From Candidatus Moraniibacteriota bacterium (GTDB taxonomy: Bacteria > Patescibacteriota > Minisyncoccia > Moranbacterales > UBA2206), in NCBI GenBank assembly GCA_049303795.1, contig JBAQNM010000006.1, forward strand, positions 717-64,716: a stretch of 64,000 nt of DNA. Reading direction: 5' to 3'. The position numbers and the translations under genes were made by a program. The notes beneath the pieces are model-generated. The model saw nothing but the letters and a program-made list of their open reading frames with translations. It was not told where the DNA came from and did no database searches. Position 1 is the first letter of the stretch. Each line of letters opens with the position of its first letter. Shown here in pieces: positions 56,987 through 64,000 of the stretch.

Positions 56987-59578
56987 ATGCGAAATATTTT
57001 TTCTCCTCAACTTTTTAACCCTTCCAAAAAAAGCTGGTTCAAAAGAAAATGGAATTGGAAGGCTATCTTTAAATTTATTGGGATTGGCCTTGGGATTGGC
57101 TTTATTGCAACTGTTTTATTGATAATCAGTGTTTTCGCTTATTTTTATAAAGACCTACCCAATCCAAACAACCTCAATACTCGTTTCATTGCTGAATCAA
57201 CTAAAATCTACGACCGCACTGGTGATCATCTGCTCTATGATGTTCATGGTGAAGAAAAACGTACTCAAATACCTTTTTCTGATATGCCTGATGTGCTCAA
57301 ATTTGCCACAATCGCATTGGAAGATCAAAACTTCTATACTCACCATGGAATACGCTTTAGCTCTATATTAAGAGCTGTTTTAAAAAATGTCCTAAATCGT
57401 GGAGTTGCTCAAGGTGGTTCAACTATTACTCAACAATTAATCAAACAGTCTATTCTCACATCTGAGAGAACTTTTTCACGAAAAATTAAAGAGGTCATTC
57501 TTTCTTTGGAATTAGAAAGAAAATTTTCCAAAGATGAAATATTAGCCATGTATCTAAATCAAATCCCTTATGGCTCAAATGCTTATGGTTCAGAAGCTGC
57601 TGCTCAAACTTTTTTTGGTAAAAACACTAAAGAATTAACTTTAGATGAATCGGCTCTTCTTGCCTCTCTTCCTCAAGCTCCTTCCTACTATTCACCCTAT
57701 GGAAGTCACACTGATGCCTTAAGAGGACGTCAACTATACGCTTTAACCCAAATGGCTAAATTAGGCTACATCACTGAAGAGCAGTCAGTAGAAGCTAAAC
57801 AGATTGACACGCTTTCTAAAATAAAAGTTGCTTCAGATAAGAATATTTTTGCTCCTCATTTTGTAATGTATATTAAAGAATATTTGAGTAATAAATACGG
57901 AGAGCAAGCGCTAGAGCAAGGTGGTTTAAAAGTCTACACAACGCTTGATTGGGATAAACAAAAGGCAGCTGAAAAAGCTGTTGCTGAAGGTGCAGAAAAT
58001 AATGCTAAACTATATAACGCTGGAAATGCAGCTCTTGTTGCTATGGATCCAAAAACAGGACAAATACTAGCCATGGTTGGAAGTAAGGATTATTTTAGAG
58101 AAAGTGAACCAAAAGGTTGTATATCGGGAAAGAATTGCGTTTTCGAAGCAAATGTCAATATTGCCACTTCACTTCTTCAACCAGGCTCTTCTTTTAAACC
58201 TTACGTTTATTTAACCGCTTTTGAAAAAGGCTACACACCAGAAACAAACCTTTGGGATGTTGACACTAATTTTTCCACTGATGATGGGAAGGAATATAAT
58301 CCTAAAAATTATGACGGAAAAAATAGTGGCCTATTACAAATGAAAGACGCGCTTGCTAGATCTCTCAATGTTCCTGCTGTCAAAACCCTCTATCTTGCTG
58401 GCGTAAATAATTCAGTTGATAATGCTCGAAAGATGGGAATAACTACTCTCACCCAACCTGATCGATATGGGTTATCCTTAGTGCTTGGAGGAGGTGAAGT
58501 AAGACTATTAGATCATGTTAATGCTTTTTCTACTTTTGCTACTGGCGGAATTCATCATGATAAAACAGCTATTTTGCGTATTGAAAATAGCAAGGGCGAC
58601 ATATTGGAAAAATATAACCAAAATGAAGGCAACCGTGCAATTGAAGAAAAATATATTGCCATGATTGATTATATTCTTTCTACAAATAGCTTAAGAGCAC
58701 CTGTTTTTGGTGAAAAAAATCCATTAAGCTTTACCGATCGTCCTGTTGCCGCCAAAACTGGAACCACTAATGAATGGCGTGATGGTTGGACAATTGGTTA
58801 CACTCCATCAATTGCAGTTGGTGTTTGGGCGGGAAATAATGATCACTCTATAATGAAACCAGGTGCTGATGGTGTTTTTGTGGCGGCTCCAATTTGGCGC
58901 AGTTTCATGGATCAAGTTTTATTAAATTATACCGTCGAACAATTTCCTAAATATGAACCTGAAGAAACAGGAAAAGACGTGCTAGATGGAAAACTTGAAA
59001 TGAAAAAAGAATTAAAGGTTTGTAAAATACCAGGTACTAAAAATGATTATTGCCTGGCAAGTTCAGCTTGTCCCGATGATGAGGTAGAAAAAAAGAAATT
59101 TTCTGATTCACATAGTATTTTGTATTATGTAAATAAAGATGACCCGCGCGGTGAAGATCCAAAAAATCCCGAAAAAGATCCCCAATTTAAAAATTGGGAA
59201 AAGGCGATAGAGAAATGGCTAGATAATGAAAAAGGTTATTCCACTAACTCGGCGCCAACAAAAGAGTGTGAGGATGATGACTTTTCTGATTATGAACTTG
59301 AGATAGAATCAATTTCTCCTTCCGACGGAGAAACCATAACCTCATCTTCTTTTAATATTTCAGTAAAAATCTCCGCTCCCTATGGGGTAAAAAAAGCTGA
59401 AATAAGCATAGATGGAGATAATATTGCCTCTAGTGATGACGAATCTTTTAGTGCTTCCTATTCTGTGCCAGATAATAAAAAGAATTCCAGTTTAAAAATA
59501 TCTGTTTATGCCGTAGATGAAAAGGGTAATTCGGATTCAAAAGAAATCACGGTTAAGACAGAAATTCCTACACCATAA
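56987..59578 (+). CDS. Class A penicillin-binding protein (transglycosylase plus transpeptidase) with a C-terminal Ig-like extension
   Basis: GT51 motifs (ALEDQNFYTHHGI, GGSTITQQL). Transpeptidase SGSSFKP (SxxK) and KTGT. Start placed at the ATG (MRNIF); the track begins at an upstream TTG. Confidence 0.85.
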   Translation: MRNIFSPQLFNPSKKSWFKRKWNWKAIFKFIGIGLGIGFIATVLLIISVFAYFYKDLPNPNNLNTRFIAESTKIYDRTGDHLLYDVHGEEKRTQIPFSDMPDVLKFATIALEDQNFYTHHGIRFSSILRAVLKNVLNRGVAQGGSTITQQLIKQSILTSERTFSRKIKEVILSLELERKFSKDEILAMYLNQIPYGSNAYGSEAAAQTFFGKNTKELTLDESALLASLPQAPSYYSPYGSHTDALRGRQLYALTQMAKLGYITEEQSVEAKQIDTLSKIKVASDKNIFAPHFVMYIKEYLSNKYGEQALEQGGLKVYTTLDWDKQKAAEKAVAEGAENNAKLYNAGNAALVAMDPKTGQILAMVGSKDYFRESEPKGCISGKNCVFEANVNIATSLLQPGSSFKPYVYLTAFEKGYTPETNLWDVDTNFSTDDGKEYNPKNYDGKNSGLLQMKDALARSLNVPAVKTLYLAGVNNSVDNARKMGITTLTQPDRYGLSLVLGGGEVRLLDHVNAFSTFATGGIHHDKTAILRIENSKGDILEKYNQNEGNRAIEEKYIAMIDYILSTNSLRAPVFGEKNPLSFTDRPVAAKTGTTNEWRDGWTIGYTPSIAVGVWAGNNDHSIMKPGADGVFVAAPIWRSFMDQVLLNYTVEQFPKYEPEETGKDVLDGKLEMKKELKVCKIPGTKNDYCLASSACPDDEVEKKKFSDSHSILYYVNKDDPRGEDPKNPEKDPQFKNWEKAIEKWLDNEKGYSTNSAPTKECEDDDFSDYELEIESISPSDGETITSSSFNISVKISAPYGVKKAEISIDGDNIASSDDESFSASYSVPDNKKNSSLKISVYAVDEKGNSDSKEITVKTEIPTP

Positions 59579-59604
59579 TAAACTTTTTCTATTCTACTAT
59601 AAAA

Positions 59605-59640
59605 TACTAAAAGGCTTTCCCGTTCGGGTTAGCCTTTTTA
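59605..59640. terminator. Bidirectional terminator hairpin AAAAGGCTTTCCCGTTCGGGTTAGCCTTTTTACTTTTT, repeat of the element at 36467
   Basis: 24/26-nt identity with 36470..36496. Confidence 0.6.
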
Positions 59641-59644
59641 CTTT

Positions 59645-60175
59645 TTAACAATAAACTACACCTATGATTGTTCCCAACCCTGCTGTAAATGCAAGCAGTG
59701 CAATAATAATGATAAAAAACTGCTCGATTAAACTCCACTCTTCTTCAAACTCTTTTTCTTTTAATCGAACAAGCGATAAAAATCTTATAATTTTTGCAAC
59801 AATAAATACCAAAAAACAAAAAGGCACAAAATGCAACAAAGAATGCAACCAGAAAAATATTTCCGCTCTAACTGTCGCACTCATTATCCACGCCTCTATC
59901 CATAGTCGAATGAACTGTCGGAATTTCCCAAAATCATCAAATCCAAAATAATACACAAGCAGTTTCTCTAATAATATAGGGTAAACTGAAACAAGAAGTG
60001 TTGCTACAGTTATTGCAAGTATTGCTTGAAATAGATTTGTTTTTTCTGCTACTTTTTTCGCAAAAATACATATAGTCAGTATAAAAAAGCAATAAGTAAT
60101 AATGACCACAACTGCAAGAAAAGAACACATAATTTTTGCAAAGTCCGCTACAAAAAACATCGCTATCATTTTCAT
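59645..60175 (-). CDS. Hypothetical polytopic membrane protein (176 aa), divergent from paralog 9
   Basis: 5-6 hydrophobic helices. Confidence 0.4.
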   Translation of the reverse strand: MKMIAMFFVADFAKIMCSFLAVVVIITYCFFILTICIFAKKVAEKTNLFQAILAITVATLLVSVYPILLEKLLVYYFGFDDFGKFRQFIRLWIEAWIMSATVRAEIFFWLHSLLHFVPFCFLVFIVAKIIRFLSLVRLKEKEFEEEWSLIEQFFIIIIALLAFTAGLGTIIGVVYC

Positions 60176-60330
60176 TTTTCCTCTCCTTTTTTTATATTTT
60201 TAAGAAACACTCGGCTTTCCCATAACAAACAAACTTACCATACCCGAATTACATCGTCAATATTTTAGACCTATTTTTGCAATAAATTTATATAAATCAA
60301 ATAAATACCTTGTTTGTGCTATTTTATAGC

Positions 60331-60375
60331 TTGACAAGTCTATTTTATTTGTCTATAATGTAGACTAATAGACTA
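60331..60375 (+). promoter_or_regulatory. Consensus sigma-70 promoter for paralog 9 (TTGACA - 17 nt - TATAAT). Inverted/direct repeats GTCTAT...TAGAC-taa-TAGAC overlap it as a candidate operator.
   Basis: Perfect -35 and -10 hexamers with a 17-nt spacer. Repeats GTCTATtttatttGTCTATaatgTAGACtaaTAGAC read directly. Confidence 0.55.
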
Positions 60376-60381
60376 AGCTAT

Positions 60382-61110
60382 ATGAAAAAAGAACTACAAA
60401 AGGCACTCTCATCTCTGGGAATAAACGAAAAACAAACCAGTCTATATTTGGCTTGTTTGGAATTGGGCTCAGCCAGTATTCAAGAATTAGCACAAAAATC
60501 CGGCATCAAAAGAACCAGCATTTATAATTTTCTTAAAGACCAGAAATTTAAAGAATTATTTTCTGAAATTGAAGAATCAGGCAAGGTTTTGTTAGTCCCC
60601 CAAAATCCTAAGATGCTCGTAGAAAAAGCCAGAAAAAATTTAGAAGAAATTAAATTTGCCTTGCCGGAACTTATGAGTATTTTTAATTTGCCTTCCGAGA
60701 AGCCACGCGTCCGATTTTATCAAGGTGAGGAAGGAATTAAAACGGCCTACCAAGATCTTCTTTTGGAAGGAAAAACCGTTTATGGTTTTTCCGATTATGA
60801 AAAAATGTTTGAGAGTATGCAACATTTTGATATGTGGAGAATTCCCAAGGAAAGAGTTAAAAGAAATATTAAGTTTTTTTGCATTGCAAAAAATGGCCCA
60901 ATGGGCCAAGAGGTGAAAAGAAAAGATAAGGAAGAATTACGCGAAACAAAACTCGTAGAAAATATTCAATTTGAAACAGAGATAAATATTTATGGCAATA
61001 AAGTGAGTCTCATAAGTTTTCGTGAACCTTTCGCCTGCGTGATCATAGAAGATCCCGCTATCTCTCAAACTCTAAAAAGCGTCTGGCAAAGTTGGTGGAA
61101 TTTGCTTTAA
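60382..61110 (+). CDS. TrmB-like winged-helix transcriptional regulator, paralog 9 of 9
   Basis: N-terminal wHTH (QTSLYLACLELGSASIQELAQKSGIKRTSIYNFLKDQ). C-terminus ...LKSVWQSWWNLL. Confidence 0.6.
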   Translation: MKKELQKALSSLGINEKQTSLYLACLELGSASIQELAQKSGIKRTSIYNFLKDQKFKELFSEIEESGKVLLVPQNPKMLVEKARKNLEEIKFALPELMSIFNLPSEKPRVRFYQGEEGIKTAYQDLLLEGKTVYGFSDYEKMFESMQHFDMWRIPKERVKRNIKFFCIAKNGPMGQEVKRKDKEELRETKLVENIQFETEINIYGNKVSLISFREPFACVIIEDPAISQTLKSVWQSWWNLL

Positions 61111-61185
61111 ATTTTTATTCTCAATTTATTTTTTTCCCACAAAAGTAATTTTTTAAAGCCAACTTTTGTTTCCCACTTTTTTATT

Positions 61186-62544
61186 TCAATCTTTTTTCCT
61201 TAAAACATAATACAAATTTTCATCATCTTTTCCAGTTTCCAGCTTCTCTTTTCTCACTTCTTCAATTTCAAAACCAGAAATTTGCGCTAGTTGCGATATG
61301 TCTTCCGAAGAATAAGCATAACGCGTGGCAAAATTTGTTCCATCTGGCGAGTCATAAATTGCGCCATAGCGAAAATTTTTAATTCCGTATTTTTTCATTT
61401 CGTACACATATTCTTCAACCAGCTCCTTGTATCCTCCTCTTTCTCGATTAGGAATGTCAAAAATAAATTTCCCCCCTCTTTTTAAAATTCTCGCCGCTTC
61501 CCTAAAAAATTGAGCTTGAGAAATAATGGAATAATCATGCAAAATATTTCTCCCCAAAGAATAAATCGCATCAAAGCTTTCATCTGCCAGCGCATTGTCA
61601 TACCAATCACCTTGAAAAACTTTTGCCTCAATTTTATTTTCTGCTAATTTTTCTTTCGTAATTTGCGCGTGACGCTCAGTATAATCATAACCACTAACAT
61701 CATACCCGGACTTCGCCAGCTCAATAATCAACCTTCCAGTCCCGCAACCCATTTCCAAAACTTTTTTATTTTTATCAATCACCTCTTGCAATAAAATCAC
61801 TTCCTTTTCATTCATCCTTTCATTAATTTTATAATCTTCAAATTTGATTTTAGTTTGATAGAATTCTTGAAGATTATAAATAGCTTCCTTATTATTATTA
61901 GGGGTGATAAAAGATCGTGCATATTCAAAATCGTCTACCTTTTTTTTATCACCATTTTGTTTATTCTCATAAATCAATTTATTCAATTTATTTCGCACTG
62001 TTTCCACTCCAACAAGATCAGTTGCCATTATGATAAGACCCGAGAATTGCCATTCATTAAAATTATTTTTATCCAAAATTGATAATATTCTCTCTAATGA
62101 ATATTCTGAATCATTCTTAAGAATCTGTATTATATCAAACATAAGAAGTGCTTCTCCGTCTGTTTGAATAAAAGATAAAACAAAATTAATTGCTTTTCGG
62201 AAACCAATTTTTGAAAGCATTTGAAATATATAATTAACATTTTCCTGATGATATTCTGCAATTGCATTTGGACCGGTGAAAACATCTTCTATAAAAGGTT
62301 GGTTTTTTTGAACGGCTTGTAAGAGATATCTTTCAGCTTTTTCACAAAAAATTTTATACGCCCTTTTTTCTATTTCATTTTTATCCAACTTATTATTCAC
62401 TAAAACACTTTGTATTAAATCTGCTTTCTTTTTATCATTGGCAGCCTCAAATTGTTCTAGAATATCTACTGCTGTTAATTTTTTTTCAATTTTTTGCTGA
62501 TCATTATCATACTTTAAATCTGTCAGTCTTAATTCTTGTCTCAT
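61186..62544 (-). CDS. Two-domain protein: unknown N-terminal helical domain plus a C-terminal class I SAM-dependent methyltransferase
   Basis: VLEMGCGTGRLIIELAKSGYDVSGYD (motif I), DAIYSL and GGKFIF motifs in the C-terminal half. Confidence 0.6.
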   Translation of the reverse strand: MRQELRLTDLKYDNDQQKIEKKLTAVDILEQFEAANDKKKADLIQSVLVNNKLDKNEIEKRAYKIFCEKAERYLLQAVQKNQPFIEDVFTGPNAIAEYHQENVNYIFQMLSKIGFRKAINFVLSFIQTDGEALLMFDIIQILKNDSEYSLERILSILDKNNFNEWQFSGLIIMATDLVGVETVRNKLNKLIYENKQNGDKKKVDDFEYARSFITPNNNKEAIYNLQEFYQTKIKFEDYKINERMNEKEVILLQEVIDKNKKVLEMGCGTGRLIIELAKSGYDVSGYDYTERHAQITKEKLAENKIEAKVFQGDWYDNALADESFDAIYSLGRNILHDYSIISQAQFFREAARILKRGGKFIFDIPNRERGGYKELVEEYVYEMKKYGIKNFRYGAIYDSPDGTNFATRYAYSSEDISQLAQISGFEIEEVRKEKLETGKDDENLYYVLRKKD

Positions 62545-62690
62545 AATTTTCTAATAGTTTATTAACCTTTCTAGTCACAATTATAATTATACTCTATTTG
62601 TGAAATATGGTAAAAAAAGCTTCTTGAAAAAAGAAAAAAGGCAGACCCGTAGATACAAGGTCTGCCTTAAATTATTTAAACTACTCCTTT

Positions 62691-64000
62691 TTATTTTACT
62701 GGAACAACAGCGTTCGTAATAAGAGGAAGGATTCCGCGAATTGTCTGAATTTCAATAACTTCCCATGCAATCAGCTGAAAACCAAATGCCTTAGAATCAA
62801 AACTTTGTTTGGCTTCATAGCTTCCTCGACGATACCATCCCCGACCTCGGCTTTCAAACACTCGATCAGGCAACCCAGCACAGATTGCCATACGTAAATC
62901 ATCTTCTTTCCCCAACTCATCATTAGGAGCAAAACCGAATCCACGCATACTAAGCATCAACTGACGAGCAACCATCCAAATATCTTTAACGGCTCGATAT
63001 GACACATAATTTTGTCGACACCAAGCCCCCAAAGACTCCCCACCTCTCTCCTCAGCAAGCCGGATAACTCGAACAGCTGTCCAGGCATCACATACTGAAG
63101 ATGTTTTAAATGCTTGATGTGCCATGTCTGCTCTGCGACCCTCTTCTCCTTTAGGTCGGTAAAGCAAACGCTTGCCTTGCTGATTAGCAATAGCAATTGC
63201 CATCTCGCGAAGACATCCGCGTTCTGCAGCCTTGAAAAGCATAGCTGCTTCACGAGGATCACATCCAAGTTCCACTGCCTTAAGGCCTAATTCGGTGATT
63301 TTTGCTTCGGGCGATTCGTCGACAAATCCAAGCATCTGAAGCTGAATCTTGGCTTCCTGCCAATTAGTCTTACCTGGATAATCAACGAGGCGAATGGGTT
63401 TGTTTTCCCTCGAAAGCTTCAGTGCTTTTAGGGTTAACACAACCTCACGAAGAGGCGTACGAAAAATTTCAGGTACTGTACGCTCAGACCTTTTTAAAAA
63501 GTTTTCTTCAGAGAATAATCCGACATACGTGCCAGATCTTACCCGTCCGCATCTGCCACGTCGCTGAATGATGCGATCTTGAGCAGTTTCTCGCACTTTA
63601 AGTGATGAAATATCAGAAACAGGATCATAACCCTTCTCGCGGGCAAGACCAGAATCAATCACCCAGCCAATATTTGGAAGTGTTGCTCCTGTTTCCACAA
63701 TATCAGTGGCCACAGTAATCGTAATTCCGCCTCGCTCTACAAATGGAGCATGGCGTTCATCGCCATTGAGTTCTCCGTGAAGCGGTAAAACTGTCACGCC
63801 TGAATTTTCCGGAAAAATTCGCTGAAGAGCTTCAACACTCATTGCGATTTCTCCTTTGCCAGGCATAAAAACCAAACCATTTCCCCTTTTCTCACCAACC
63901 AACCTTTGTGCTTCTCTACTAACAACTTTAAAAAAATCTTCATCACCGTCTTCCGAGATATATCGTTCTTCGATTGGAAAGTTAGTGACAAGATCGGATC
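62691..64000 (-). CDS. DEAH-box ATP-dependent helicase (HrpA/HrpB-like), C-terminal part. N-terminus lies beyond the window edge. Strongly GC-rich.
   Basis: LVFMPGKGEI, LPLHGEL, TVATDIVETGATLP, IQRRGRCGRVRSGT and the following HA2-like region. The reading frame stays open to position 64000 (no in-frame stop found upstream). GC content is far above the rest of the window. Confidence 0.7.
   Translation of the reverse strand, partial: SDLVTNFPIEERYISEDGDEDFFKVVSREAQRLVGEKRGNGLVFMPGKGEIAMSVEALQRIFPENSGVTVLPLHGELNGDERHAPFVERGGITITVATDIVETGATLPNIGWVIDSGLAREKGYDPVSDISSLKVRETAQDRIIQRRGRCGRVRSGTYVGLFSEENFLKRSERTVPEIFRTPLREVVLTLKALKLSRENKPIRLVDYPGKTNWQEAKIQLQMLGFVDESPEAKITELGLKAVELGCDPREAAMLFKAAERGCLREMAIAIANQQGKRLLYRPKGEEGRRADMAHQAFKTSSVCDAWTAVRVIRLAEERGGESLGAWCRQNYVSYRAVKDIWMVARQLMLSMRGFGFAPNDELGKEDDLRMAICAGLPDRVFESRGRGWYRRGSYEAKQSFDSKAFGFQLIAWEVIEIQTIRGILPLITNAVVPVK

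Noticed and set aside
62691-63902. Treating the helicase ORF as a complete 403-aa gene starting at 63902
   Set aside because: That start is a TTG, and the reading frame remains open upstream to the window edge. The N-terminal DEAH core is missing, so the gene is truncated by the window rather than being a short protein.
1-64000. Alternative genetic code (UGA recoding as in some CPR lineages)
   Set aside because: Long uninterrupted ORFs with recognisable full-length homologs (pyk, polA, PBP1A, the GspE tandem) terminate sensibly under the standard code, with TGA not needed as a sense codon.
1-64000. CRISPR arrays, rRNA genes, transposases or integrases
   Set aside because: No short regularly spaced direct repeats, no rRNA-like conserved stretches, and no DDE or tyrosine-recombinase-like ORFs were seen. 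The repeats found are isolated terminator or att-like elements.

Overview
This is a low-GC (about one third G+C by eye) bacterial chromosomal segment. It is densely coded, proteins are lysine-rich, stops fit the standard code, and Shine-Dalgarno sites (AAGGAGG) are weak or absent. By inference only, the gene content and style resemble an uncultivated small-genome lineage such as CPR/Patescibacteria. Recognisable housekeeping genes are pyk, htpX, lemA, ruvA, polA, fpg, holA, rpsT, tsaE, ruvB, yebC-family, ruvC, a class A PBP, an ECF sigma factor, tRNA-Ser, a FemAB-family enzyme with a Mur ligase, and DHH/NrnA-like, CapA-like and GT2/GT4 proteins.

The window is dominated by an accessory theme. 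Nine divergent paralogs of a ~250-aa TrmB-like winged-helix regulator are scattered through it (4158, 9476, 18620, 20943, 23503, 28464, 46715, 48303, 60382). Each sits at a junction with small unknown 'cargo' genes and carries palindromes with CGTCA/TGACG half-sites near its promoter.

The most interesting locus is 17.3-22.2 kb, where one paralog is followed on the same strand by a sigma-70 region-4 / RNAP alpha-CTD-like fusion protein and a coiled-coil zinc-ribbon protein. Divergently from that paralog lies a radical SAM enzyme with a C-terminal Cys cluster, followed by a 38-aa lysine-rich peptide gene, another paralog, and a 66-aa hydrophobic CGAC-containing peptide gene. The two peptide genes share a near-identical ~60-nt 3' UTR and terminator module.

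Other notable items:
- a single 1018-aa polypeptide made of two complete GspE/PilB secretion ATPases in tandem;
- a 1.45-kb high-GC islet of four small membrane or lipoprotein genes flanked by imperfect direct repeats;
- a duplicated ruvC 5' fragment that marks a cassette insertion;
- an atypical 123-nt tRNA-like element beside tRNA-Ser;
- a 7TM / ATP-grasp / retropepsin-like system embedded in a cluster of ATP-grasp enzymes, glycosyltransferases and PBP1A;
- several abrupt GC-rich patches, including a DEAH helicase truncated by the window edge.

No CRISPR array, rRNA or obvious transposase was seen.
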